A DNA stretch of 61,377 nucleotides, counting the filler, from Hausera hauseri (lineage: Eukaryota), in NCBI GenBank assembly GCA_046269625.1. It is 11 parts of 11 records of this genome, joined end to end, with 100 filler letters (N's around TTAATTAATTAA, not from the genome) between each part and the next. Parts side by side here need not be neighbours in the genome. Positions count along the whole stretch, not along the records: positions 24,657 to 28,841 come from JBJURY010714103.1; positions 28,942 to 35,874 come from JBJURY010050774.1; positions 35,975 to 40,083 come from JBJURY010756764.1; 8 more parts are not named here. One strand, written 5' to 3'. Below, piece by piece: positions 26,500 to 39,177 of this stretch. Under the pieces are notes generated by a model. That model was not told the DNA's origin. It saw only the letters and a program-made list of their open reading frames with translations, and made no database searches. The translations under genes and the position numbers were made by a program. Numbering within the stretch: position 1 is the first letter of the stretch; each line of letters opens with the position of its first letter.

Positions 26500-28841
26500 T
26501 CGAGGTCAATACCGCAATGCATCTAACTCAGGAATTAAAATGTAGAACACGTTACTAAGTACATCAGGTAAATATAGATGATCTAAGAATAAGACAGAAT
26601 CATACGGAAGGGAACATCCGGCAGTTAATTAGACATATACAAGATATACTCCGACAGAGAGGAGACGACACAGTAGAAATAAGCACCATAAATAATGGTA
26701 TGAGACTGGATAGAGTCGAAGAAAGAACTATATAACTAGAACAAAAGTAAATTATAACGTCACAAGTTTAAATGGACTCGAGGAAGGAACTGATCAAAGA
26801 ATAAAAAATATAGATGCCCATACTAGACAAATACATAATTTACAACAGCAAACTATTGAAAATGTAGCCGCAATACATAGAAATAGGGAACGGATCGATA
26901 ATAATGAAAGACAAGCGAATCAAAGGTTAAATGGAATGTAAAATCAAGTAGCAATTATAGTATGCGAACAAGCACAGATACAAGCAGAACACAACCTTAC
27001 CATAGATCAGATCGATGTTCTAGCCAGAGACACTAACTAACTGAACGAACGTCTCGAAGAAGTAAGGACAGAAGAATTGATAACCCGACTCAATGGACGA
27101 CTAGAATATGTGCAGTCACCAGAACTTTCAGCGGAACTAAGTTCCACACCTTGTAAAACCCCGTACACCGATAGTAACAACATGGAGCCACTATGGAATA
27201 ATCGAGAGCCGCTGGCTCAGCATGGTGAGTGTAACTGTGGTATGCAAAGGGATATAAATAACAATGTCGGTTATGACCCACCAAATCTTAATGAAAGAAG
27301 GAGAGAAGAGAAGTAACCAATGCTCTCTCACCTTGAGCCATACAAAGGACGATTATCAGACTTAGAGGATTTTTAGACGAATACGATTCGCTAGCAACAG
27401 TCATGCATTTGGATGATGCAAAGAAATTATCCGTTTTACCAGTGCATGTGAATAATAATCTGAGAATGGAAATAACACGCATACCTAGACATATGGACGA
27501 AAATTGGGCTCAACATCGAGAAAGAATTTTACAAAACCAACAGGTTAACATACAAGAAAACCGATATCTAAAATTTCAAAACTGTAAAAAGAAACCAAAT
27601 GAAGAAGTTTTAACATACATCAGTAGATTTAAAACCGCAATGAATAGATATTTCGGTTTGAACGCACAAGCCTTTGGGGCTATGATCATGAAGCAATTTG
27701 TATTTTGACTTTTACCGCCTTTATGAAAAAGAGTCAAATTCCATACAGCGAATAATTTTAACGAGCTGATAAAATATACCCGACGAATGGCGAATCGAAT
27801 AGATGAAACATCTCTCTGGACTAATCAGACGCAGATGGCAGCAGTAGCCACTCCACCTTTGTTAGTAAGACCAGATGTAACAAATAGTAGCAATTCACCT
27901 TGGAGGAATCCGTCGAGAAGCCAAAGCCCTAATCGACAGGACGGTAATATACCAGGGAATTCAATACTCCAGAAAGAGGAAATTATAACCAATCACCGAA
28001 AGACTAAAACAACAATCAAAGAGATACATCATATCAAAGAAATAGAGGGTACTATGATGATCGGCAACGGAACCATACAAGATACTTTGGATCACGAGAT
28101 TACTCGAGAGAGAGAGAGAAATAACAACAGAATCCGATTTCCTAGTAGAGAAAAGTACAGTAATGATCTAAATCACAATCGTTATGATAACAGAAATAAT
28201 CAAGTGAACTCATATTATAGACGAGATGACAGCCGAACACGATATCCAATTAATGGGCCTGGAAACTGAGAACCAACTATCCCAACGACAGGCGAAGTGA
28301 AAGCTTCCAGAGGTTTAGAAGAGATGACAGCCGAGAACAATATAGTAACTTAAACGGAAATGATAGCAAAGAAAGAGATAACCGACGAGGTGATAGCAGA
28401 GACATATATAATTCTGGAAATGATTCAAAAATGGAAATTATGACAGAAGACGTCACTATATCCCACTTCGACGAGAATTGCATAGATATAATAGAAATCC
28501 CAGTCAATATCCTCAAAGAGATCAAAACCGAGCCCCTTCTCCTAGACCAAACAATAATAATGACAGATATACTCGATTATCCGACTATAATTCCAGATGA
28601 AATGCGTTGCCGTCATATAGAAACACTTCCCCATCCAGATAGGATAGAAATGCCTCACCAAACTATCCTAAATACTCCAATGAAAGAAAATTGGACTCAA
28701 CAATACCATCTTGTAATAGCTCCACAAAATAAAGACGAAACTCCTCGGATAATAGGAAAAGTAATAGCGTCGAAAGGAGCTCAGGAACTTTCAACGAACA
28801 AATTATATCAGCCTTTATGGCACTACTAATGACGAAACCAA
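26500..28841 (+). pseudogene. LTR retrotransposon gag (coiled coil, capsid domain, R/D/N/S-rich tail)
   Basis: Heptad-rich region 26560-27130; GFLDEYDSLATVMHLDDAKKLSVLP and FQNCKKKPNEEVLTYISRF (Q..GE.V..Y..RF-like MHR), QFVF*LLP; low-complexity tail. Confidence 0.7.
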
Positions 28842-28941
28842 NNNNNNNNNNNNNNNNNNNNNNNNNNNNNNNNNNNNNNNNNNNNTTAATTAATTAANNN
28901 NNNNNNNNNNNNNNNNNNNNNNNNNNNNNNNNNNNNNNNNN

Positions 28942-29342
28942 ACAAACGGGCAGTTATACCACCGATTCGGAAACGTTTACCCATAGCAATGTGAATTACA
29001 TCAGTTTGGGTAAGAATGCGGATTTCGTTGAGATACAAGCAGGATTTCGAGACCGGCGGTTACGTTTGCACATATATGCAATCTATCGTGCGCAACATGG
29101 ATTTGCTGAACAAAAATGTCAACAATGACATATCGATGGATTTGTTCAAGTCCACCTATCCATTCTTCACCTTTGTCCTAGCACCAGATTATGACATTGA
29201 ACAGACTCAACTACCTCAGCAGGGAAACCTATAATTGGAGGTTCACTTCGCTGAAGCGTTGGAGCAATCTACTGTGATGTACATTTACGGTGTATTTGAT
29301 GCCGAGGTTGAAATAATGAAAAACGGAACAATCATTGTATAA
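28942..29342 (+). pseudogene. Polinton major capsid protein, C-terminal part
   Basis: DISMDLFKSTYPFFTFVLAPD...GNL*LEVHFAEAL....MYIYGVFDAEVEI; first 89 nt match 39995-40083 with 3 mismatches. Confidence 0.9.
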
Positions 29343-29406
29343 ATAAAACCTTTTTCTTCTTCTTCCTATTTGTACCATAAAGTAATTGATTACCACTATT
29401 ACTATT

Positions 29407-29781
29407 ATGATTAAATCACGTTTCACGTTTAGCTAAACTTAACTCAGTCACTATAGAAAACTGCTCTTGGGTGTGAAATTCAGCGGTGTGTTTCCACTGG
29501 ACCGTGTGCCGCGTGACTTATGACAAAATGGTGGCGGAGGTTTCATTGTCAACACACACAGTTCATCGTTATCGGGTAAACATTGGATTGCGGTGTACTT
29601 ACATCTGACCGTCATCAAGGTATTCGATCCGCTCGGGTTTTATTACCCGTCATAGTTAGTTTCTCAAATTGAAAGACAATCATATCGTGTTAAATATAAT
29701 CTACTTTATTATCAACATCCACTTAGCGTATTGTGTGGACATTACTGCCTATTGTGGCTTACATTACAGACCTTATTGTAA
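29407..29781 (+). pseudogene. Adenain-like cysteine protease (maturation protease)
   Basis: FSGVFPLD..P, IVNT....GKHWIAV, VFDPLG, YQHPLSVLCGHYCL: His-Asp-Gln-Cys catalytic set; several stops. Confidence 0.88.
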
Positions 29782-31140
29782 ACATTGACTAAACGTATTC
29801 CGCTTTTTTGAATGGACAGACAGACTGTTTTTGTGATTTTGAAATTTACAACTTGTTATATTGCTGTTGCTGCTGTTACATCATTTCAATATCTGTTACA
29901 TATTTGGTGTTACTCATTAGTTTGTAGGCAGACGGTCTCAGGTGTCACCACCACCACCATTGCACTTTTGATCACAATCATTCTACTTGTGAGTAGTAGT
30001 AGTACTCAATTATGAGCTCGTGGTAATTTGTACGATCGTAAACCGCCGTTCGGTTTTAAGCGTCGTCGTACAAAAAAAATTCACGATTTTTCTACAAAAC
30101 GAACGCATTTACAACGATAATGACGATGATGATTTTGACTTCTTTTTAACAATGCGTTTCGTTTAGTTTTTCGGTTGCATTTTTCACCCGGATCCGTTAG
30201 TCTGATCGTGAGGTGGTCACAATATCAAATTTTCCCCAACTTATGGGCAATGTATGAGACCTATTTCCATCACCGGCAGACTTGAACAGGGGGAAATTTT
30301 ACCCGTCGGAAATTTTCCCAACCGGTTTTCCCCATGTTCCCTTGGTCTGACGACGACGAAACCGTGTCAATTCGACTTGCCAACATCAATTTTACCTCTG
30401 TACAAAATTTCGGTATACCAGCAACATGTGTTGCGTTGCCGGTTGCACATTGCCCGTTTTTCTTCTTCCGCCTCCTATGCCGCCGGGTTACATTTTTCGG
30501 CTTCGCGGCGCTATTGACTTTTGCTCGCCTTGTCCGGCTCGACCGATTGGTCTCGGTCTAAAGTCCATTGCCTTACTTCCATCTGTCCCTTGGGGGTCTC
30601 CGACGACCAGATATGAAATGCTCAGAATTGCGAGATAGGTGGAAAAAACTGGTTTTCAGGTCGATCTGAGCACTTTGGGAAAGTGGTTAGGAGAGGTCAC
30701 TTTTACCTACTTACATACTGAATACTGTGATACATTAACAATTAATGCCATTTCACGCTGTTTTGTTGGTGCTTTGAAGCAAAACTTGAATCTTAGAGAC
30801 TTCGGATTCCGTTAAATCATCAGATTTGCCAATAATTCAACAATAAACAAAATAAAACTGAGATACTAACAAAATTAAATTTGCATGGTAACTAAATTGT
30901 TAGTAATTAGTTACTATCTGCAATAATTGCTATTTTTATGCCTTGATTGTAACAATTTGGCCACCTCTGTATTATTTATCAGTTAAAACAAACAAATTTT
31001 CACTATAAATAGTTTTATTGGTCGCAGAATGTGTTACACAGGATACAATGAATAAACAAAGCACAAAATTTTAGCACAAATATTATAATTATTTAATCTG
31101 GCCACCTCCGTATTGTATCATTCGTCGAATGTGATAAAAA

Positions 31141-31332
31141 AGTTATGATCGGTTTGCTCGGCAAGATCGGCGGATCGAAATATGCAGTATCACCTGACAT
31201 TTTATGGCACATTTCGTCAAAAGTTGAATTAGAGTTAAAGTTTGAAATACAGTTTATTAATTACAAATTTTCAAACAATTTTTCCGTTTATTTAAAATAA
31301 ATAAATTTAATTATTATTTTTAAGCCATCACT
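31141..31332 (-). repeat. 3' LTR (192 bp)
   Basis: Direct repeat of 35172-35355; termini AGTGA...TAACT on minus; adjacent polypurine tract. Confidence 0.85.
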
Positions 31333-34300
31333 TTCCCCTCTCCTTTATGATCCTTGTTCACTCTTTTCAGCCATTCCACCCTTCTTCAAATCACTCTACC
31401 ATCTTCAACTTATCAGCCCCCTGATAAGGCGAAATTTAGCGAATTATTTGTTACGGTTCTTCGAACTGATAAGCATCTTTTCTTCTTTTCTGAAGATTTA
31501 CTTTCACCAACACTTTCTGTCTAATTTCACATTTTCGTTTCCCTCTCTTCTTCCCCTTGAAATTTTCCATTAGGTTAGCTGCCTCTGTAATATGTCTTGT
31601 AATACCTTGTGTCAGTTTGCCATAATCGGTCTCTCCTGTGACTCCTCTAGCTGCGTGCAAGTTAATTTCTCGTTTAAAAACTATTTCAAACGGTGAATGT
31701 CCCGTTGTGCTTTGTACCGTGGCATTTATTGAAAATTCAATTTTCGGTAGTGACTTCCACATACTCGGCCCAACATTTCTACAGCACTGGTTACCAATAT
31801 ATCCCGAACAGTTCGGATGACCATTTCTGCTGATCCGTTAGATTGATGTTGAAACGGACTGCTGAATAATTGTTTAATTCCATATTCTTTGCAAAACCAT
31901 ATAAATTTGCTTCCTGAAAAACACTTACCGTTGTCGGTCAAGATTGATTTCGGTTTTCCAAATCTGTAAATCCATTTCACCAACATGCACTCTATAACTG
32001 TTTCTTCCTTCGGCGTCCGTATTTCTGTTAAACCCACTAGCTTTGAAATCAGATCAATAATAACCAACATATATGGATACATGCTATCTTTGTCTGCCAC
32101 ATACGCAATATCCATTACCAATTGGTCCAGAAAATTATCACACTTAATAGGAATGAACTTTTCTTGTCCTTTCTGTTGGGATTTTCCGACGTAAATATTC
32201 TTCACATTTTCCAATGACATCTACTTCTTTTGATAAACCGGGAACTGCGAAGTGACGTTGAATATATCGTTTTGTCTTCTTCATACCTGAATGGCATAGA
32301 TCTACATGATCTTACGAGTGAAATCTTTCCGCATATTTTTGGAATTACTGGTAGTCTGTAATTCTGATCTTTATATACCAGGAGACCGTCTGTCATTTCC
32401 AATTCATCGATCATATTGAGAATCTCTTTCGAGTTGTGCTTTTTTCGTCATTGCGCCGTCTAATCGACATTTTACTTGTTTTTCTGTATATTTTTCCTGT
32501 CCGTCTTTTATCCATTGCAAAGTTGACCTGACCAATAGTGAATTATTATGCTTTGCATGCACCCTTTTATCTTTCGGATCAGCATGTACTGTTTGGCCCT
32601 GAGCACACATCATCATACAACCGCGACAATCCATCTACATATCCATTCTGTTCGCCCTTCCTATATTCTAGTGTAAAATTAAAATCCGTCATATTTTCTA
32701 GCCACGTCTGGAATTGCCGTGTTATTGGATTGGTAGCGGTCTTCGTATATACCAATATCATATGGTGAAGTGCTTACGATACAGACACTGCTTAAAATGC
32801 AGCATAAACTCTTGCAATGCCAACAGTTCCATTCTGGTAACGCAACATCCTTTCTCAAAAGACAAGTGTTCTAGATGCATACGCTACTACCTTTTCTTCA
32901 ATTCCCATTTGTTAGCTGAGTACTGCTCCGATTGCACCAAGCGACGTGTCTGTATCCAAAATAGAATCTTTCGTTGGATCCATAAAGGTTAATATTGGTG
33001 CTTCACATAGTTTCAATTTCAATAGTTTGAAACTTTCTTCACACCCCCTTGACCAAAATAACTCTTTACATGTACCTTGCAAACCTAATGCAACGGCGCC
33101 GCAATGAGCGTGAAATTATTGACAAACCTTCTGTAATAGTTGGCCAAACCGAAAAATGCGCTCAACGACCGCGTACACTTTTGGACTGCCAAATTCTGAA
33201 TCTCTTACTTTTAGTTGATTTGTTGACACTCCATTATTACTAATGGTAGGGCCAATAAATATCAACTTCGAAACATCAAATCCACATTTTTGGAATTCAC
33301 TTTTAGATTTGCATTTTTCAATATTTTCATTACCTCTTCTAGTAGTTTGCAATGTCCCGAAATCTTCTTTGAGTAAATCAACACGTCGTCTATATATATG
33401 ACAACATCAGCAAACAGTAAGTCTTCATCAGTGTATTCAGAAGTTGCTGAAAAGTTCCTTGGGTCATTGAGTGACCAAATTATACTCGGTTGAAACAATA
33501 TTGTTGTGATTTCGTGCAAAAGGCTGTTTTCTCTTGGGCGTTTTCATCCTATGCGACTTGATATGCTTTACCGAGATCTATACCTCAGAAAATTCTTCAA
33601 CCACCTTACGCATTGAATAAAGTCTGACTTTCCGGCATTGGAAAAGAAATTCTCTTTGATATTTCATTTAACTTTCTAAAATCCAAACCAATTCGGATTC
33701 CCTTATCTTTCTTTTGAGCGACCACTAAAGGCGAATTCCATTCACTTTTGAATTTCCGAATAATATCCGCTTTCTCCAAGTCTCAAAAATTTTTCAATTT
33801 TACCTTTCAGATATACTGATTGTCTTCTAGGATTCAAAAAATGGTACCCACAGTTTCGATTCTGTTTTACCAGATCCGTAAACCCTAAATCGTAATCTTG
33901 TTTCATAAACACCTCCTCGTAGCGTTTTACAACTTCCACTTATTGACTATCCGCGATTTCCGGTTTTCGCATTGTTGTCACTGCTGCTATCTCTCAGTCG
34001 AGATTCACTAACGTCGGTTTTCACTAATTTCACACTAAATGCCTTTAAAACATCTATACCACCAATAGCTTCCGGCCTGATTCTTTTTACTACTATCAAT
34101 TCAATCTTATGTACTTTAGCATCCCACTCCACACTGCCTTTTACCTTCCCCAAACAACATCAATTTTCGAAGACTCCATCCAATATTAAAGCACACTTAG
34201 TTAGCTTAAGTTGTCCTATCGCTTTCCAAATCTTTTCACTGATTACTGACACACTGGCTCAACTATGCAAGAACATTTCTATTCCACACTTGTTTAACTT

Positions 34301-35171
34301 CACTTAGTCCACCACTGTTCGTCTTTCCCTGCTACTATTGTTGCATCTTGATTTTCTAAATTTCCTACGCCAACTCCACTGACGAAATGTTCACAGCAGA
34401 GTTTCTGGTGTTTAAAGTTTCCTACACGTCCTCTTCATGAAACTATTTCATCCCTATGATCCTCATACATCTCTTCCACACACATCGGATTTACCTGTTG
34501 TAATTTGAAACAGTTTCTAAATCCGTGTCCACTTTCTCCACATATCAAACAAGTTGTTTAAAGGGCAATTTCTTCTAATGTGCCCATATTTTCCACAGCA
34601 AAAACAATCACTTTTAGATAACACTTCCTCTTTCGGCGCGGGTAACTGTTTCACGCGGCAGGAGAGCATACTGGCTTCATATGAAGAGTGCGTTGGAGTC
34701 TGTCTTCTATCTGTGATCAAACTATTGGGCTAATTCGTTTTCTCAGAACTTCTTGAACGAATTCTTCTTTGTTCAACTCGGTTACTTGACGCCTCCTGAT
34801 CTCAACTGTCAAAAAATTTTCTTCTTTTTGACACACGTTGACCAATTCGACTACCTCATCGAGAGGGTTCACCTTCCTCATAGATGTAGTTTTAAATCAT
34901 ATGGCCTCTTCACCCAATGGTTTGTGCCCCGTTTTTGTTTAAAATCAGTCCACAGAATTCTTGCTTGTTCGGTTAATAAGAATTCACATAGCTCTACAAA
35001 TGGCCGTCGAAAAAATTTGTTAGCGTATATCACATCTTCTACCCATCGTTTTGCTTCATCTGTAAATGAACCATCAGATTGCCAAAGTGAAACATCATAG
35101 TATTTACGGAAATGTGCGTTATAGTCTGTATGACTAATATTACCCGGTCCCGTGATTGTGGCTTGATTGTT

Positions 35172-35355
35172 AGTTATGATCGGTTTACTCGGCAAGATTG
35201 GCGGATCGAAATCCGGAGCATTACCTGACATTTTATCGCACATTTCGTCAAAAGTTGAATTAGAGTTAAAGTTTGAAATATAATTTATTAATTACAAATT
35301 TCCCGTTTATTAAAAATAAATAATTCTAATTATTATTTATTTTTGAGCCATCACT
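35172..35355 (-). repeat. 5' LTR (184 bp)
   Basis: Direct repeat of 31141-31332; contains the gag ATG (35228-35230). Confidence 0.85.
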
Positions 35356-35977
35356 TGTAAGTACATAAATCTCGGGAAAATATTATGGACAAGTGTCTGT
35401 TTAATAATATAGAAAGACATGAAAATAACACATTATTAATACTTCAACTATTCATTGTTTATTTTTGATCAAATTTAGGGCGAAAATGGTTTAGCCCTGA
35501 ATAATTTTGTAAATGGAATCAAATCTCGTCAATTTCACATGATGATTGGACCATCTTTGTCCAGTGAAGTAACTCTAGTGTTCTCATTAGAAAAATTTTA
35601 CAAAATGTTTAGTGTAAGCTTATTTTTATGATGGAATTTTAAAATTTTTTATGTGGCCTTATTCACCTATTTTATGAACTGATCACTAGGATCAATACCA
35701 CTACGAAAACTGAATCATAAATGTGGAGAATTTGAACAAATTTTGAGTTTTCAGAAAAGTTTCCTAATTTTTAGATTAACATTAAACAAATACTGAATTT
35801 CTAATATGCTTTAGATATTCAATTTCTTATGAGAAGTTGATATATTCTGTACAACTAAACAATATTCATCTAATNNNNNNNNNNNNNNNNNNNNNNNNNN
35901 NNNNNNNNNNNNNNNNNNTTAATTAATTAANNNNNNNNNNNNNNNNNNNNNNNNNNNNNNNNNNNNNNNNNNNNATC

Positions 35978-37850
35978 TTATGGTTTATGCAAGAATTTTA
36001 TTGCGTCCGTTAACATGTCTCGATGTCCTTGACAAATGTCTAAGATTTTGATATCTTGGGCAGAGATTTCGCTGATCGGTTTTCCCGTTAAGTATTGGAC
36101 TCCTTCTAGTCGAGCAACCCTTAACCTTGAGTTTACATCGTAAATCATATTCCGCTTTTCCGTAAAGTTTGTCTCTTCGATCAGTTTGTAGATCTTTTCC
36201 AATATCGACACTCTTTTTTTCCCTTTTTATAAATTTTAGCCGTCGCAACGCTTCGAATTGAGTACGAATGTCTATTTCTATTCGCATTGTGCCTAAATCA
36301 TATGCATTTTCTTCTACTTGCTTCTTCACCATTGGCTCGCTTTGCGGAAATTCTTTTCTGCGATTTTCTACCAATTTGCTTAGTCGCGTTCCTAAATCGG
36401 TCCATTCCGACAATTGATTGGAGATAATTGGTTTTGCCATTATAGCCCTATCTAACATCATATACGTGTCTTTTAACTCATCGTCCGGCCCTTTTAAGAA
36501 ATTTACAATCCAACTGACATAACTAAACTCGTCCTTATACTCGTCCAATTCTACGATACAAACCTTTACTACGTATTGAGTTTCTTCATGGTTTGGAGAA
36601 ATGATTCGGTTTTTCAAGCTATAAATCTGTACTCGTTTTTCATTTTCCATTTTAATTCGATCCTCTAGATTCGTGTATCGTTTGGGTATAGCGAAAGCGA
36701 TTTTAATCATCTCTATCAAGGGAGGGATATCTACTGGTTCTATACCCAATATATCCAAGTCGATATTATTTCGATCGATAACCGGTTTTTCCCTAAGCCG
36801 ATTAATCATGGCACAACAAATTTTCTCCATAATACGTTCTAGGTTACGGACTACTCTTTTCAGTTTGGGGTTGGCTTTTAAGGTAGATAACAACGTTTGA
36901 GCTTTAGCAACCTTTACGTCAACGCTATATTCGTTTTTACTCCATCCTTCCGAAAATTCGACTCCACTTTTCATCCATGATTCTAATACGCACTTCCATT
37001 TGGATAGGACTTCAAGNNNNNNNNNNCTTTTTCGGATATATCTACTTGTTCGCTAATTTGCTTATGCCTTTCTAAATTACGCTGTAGTACTGCTGGATCA
37101 TGACGCCTAATTCTCATTTTTTAACTCATCGGTGTTTTTCCACGGACGTCGGACTTTCCAATTCTTTGGGTCAAAGTTGCCAATATTTACCGTTTCTTCC
37201 TCACCAGTGTGAAGTGGGCAAATCTCATTAATTTCATCGACTAACACTGTGGGTTCTTTCACCTCGATAAGTGTAAATGGACCGGTTTCTGGTGTTTCTA
37301 AGTTTTGTGCTACGTCGCTTTCCACCGCGATGTTTGTACCTTCCATTTCTTCGATTTTCTCTCCAGTTACTTTGAAGCGTGAACGACTTCTACGTTTTCT
37401 TTATAAGGAAGGGCTACAGCCTCTATTTTTCGTAATTTTAAGTATTAATGGCTCCATAAATTCTTTTTCTGCTGTATCGTCGTCGGTGGGCTCATCTACC
37501 TTTTTAACCGTGAACGCAGGTTCTGCATCTAAGTCGACTTCTGTCGATGTGCCTAGTTTATTGGATGCGGATGGTCTATTACTTGTCGGAACACTTTTCT
37601 TTCGTATCATATCAACTCGTTTGGGTGCTATCTCATGCTCATATTCAGTTTCTGGTTCTGCAAAACCGTGATACACTTCTAATAGTCTTAACTTATCTCC
37701 GTATTCTTTTCTAGCCATCAGAATTTGTAAGTTAATAGTATCCGACTGAGCATCTAGAAATTTTCTCAAGTCCTGTATATCGACGATAGTACATGTATCT
37801 CCGCGAATGCCATACTTTGCTTCTAAATTTTTGTTAATTCTGATCATACT
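35978..37850 (-). pseudogene. Long intronless orphan ORF(s), charged/helical, probably mobile-element derived
   Basis: Colinear minus-strand ORFs 37401-37847, 37107-37346, 35985-36974, 35978-36211; no recognisable motif. Confidence 0.4.
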
Positions 37851-37859
37851 AGTCGCTTG

Positions 37860-38700
37860 GTATGAAAACTAGATCTTTTTTCTTTAGTACTTTTAAAGTT
37901 TGAAGTTCTTCCTTACTTATATTATATTTAGTTGATTTAGGGATTTCGTGTAGGATTTTACAATAAATTATTTTGAGGTATCTTCTTATTCTTGGTTATC
38001 ATTTTGTGGATCGCAGAAAGTTTTGTTATAGGGATATCTTATAAATGGTTGGTCGATTTTATTTAATTTAGTGAGGTTATCGTTCCATAATATTTGGTAA
38101 GCGACGCGGCAGAAATTAGTATTAATATTATTAAGCGTCTTACTATTAATTGGTTTCTGAAGAGCAACATTTGGACCCTTAGACAAAATTTTTAATTCAG
38201 CGGTTGTTAGGGAGTGTGACAAATCGGTTACGAGTATTTTATCAGTAGGATTCTTAGCATATTTAATCTCTTCATTGATTTTAGGTCTTAACCTATTTAA
38301 TTTCTTACTTAGTTCCTTAGATTAAAATTTCTTGGAGTTATAATAAACAGTTTTGTTAATTTCGTCAAAGTTGCTTATAATTTTATGATATTTAAATGAA
38401 TTAATAAAGTTACTTATGTGATTTTTGATATAATTTGACTTACTATATAAATGGCGCTTAGTTTGTCTTAGCGTAGTTAGTTTAATTGAAAATTTTAGGG
38501 ATTCCTTAAGATATTTAGGTAGATGAATATTCTCAATAGTTTTTGGAAAACCTTTATTTTTTGATAGTTCGTGAGGAACTTGATTTGACTTCTGATCTTT
38601 GCCAACTTTTCTTGATATACAAAATAGCCCATTAGTCTTTAAAAGAAATCTTATCCAGGCTTAGTGACGTTGCCGTCGATTTCAGAATACGGAAATTCTT
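37860..38700 (-). pseudogene. Penelope-like retroelement ORF, N-terminal fragment
   Basis: VTDLSHSLTTAELKILSKGPNVAL matches the Penelope N-terminal V.NLS...L...E..LL.KG..F motif; preceded by K/N-rich region ending KKLNRL; RT not present. Confidence 0.6.
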
Positions 38701-38817
38701 TTGGAGCAACATTTAAATATATAATATAAAGTATTAAATTTTTTTGAGGACAATTATGTTGCAAATTTTTCGAATCTGATATTTTGATCTTATTAAGATC
38801 TGATTAACTAGTACCAA

Positions 38818-39162
38818 CATAATTGATTCTGAAATCGTTTCAATTTACAGTAAACCTCAGCAGGCCGGTGAACTGCCGTACTTCTTTGGCAAACAGCATG
38901 GCTCTGGATGGTTGCGCACATTGGCATATTTAGCATTTCCAGTGTTGAAACGTATTGGATCCATGGTAGCAAAAACAGCACAGGATGTATCATATGAAAA
39001 CAAGTCGATTTTACCATCACTGAAGGAACATGCCTTCACAGAAATAAAAAGAGCTGCACCGGGAGTCGTTTAATCAGTTAAAAAACAATTCCTGTTAGTG
39101 GCTCGAAAAAGCGTGGTAGATTGGCTAGCTTTTAACGTCGTCGTCGTACGATTTTCAATTGA
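38818..39162 (+). pseudogene. Second copy of virion core / membrane-active protein
   Basis: QAGELPYFFGKQHGSGWLRTLAYLAFPVLKRIG; homologous to 21368-21736. Confidence 0.65.
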
Positions 39163-39177
39163 TTGATTAACAGACAA

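Larger units (their letters stand above)
28942..30711 (+). mobile_element. Polinton end region terminating in TTTTACCTACT
   Basis: Capsid + adenain followed by GC-richer tract ending CTACT at 30707-30711, then AT-rich flank; same end pattern as 4594 and 59381. Confidence 0.55.
31141..35355 (-). mobile_element. Complete compact Ty3/Gypsy element (4.2 kb), degraded
   Basis: Direct repeats at both ends; PPT (plus-strand ttcccctctcc at 31333); gag with two CCHC knuckles (CFCCGKYGHIRRNC), protease remnant, RT WNSPL..DFRKLN, YIDDVL, RNase H, integrase MDIAYV/TDNG/QSNGSAE. Confidence 0.9.

Noticed and set aside
30798-30825. Hammerhead ribozyme (minus-strand CTGATGA...CGAAG)
   Set aside because: GAAG rather than GAAA, weak stems
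30955-31118. Short direct repeat tggccacct..gtatt
   Set aside because: Two short copies only, no element boundaries identifiable
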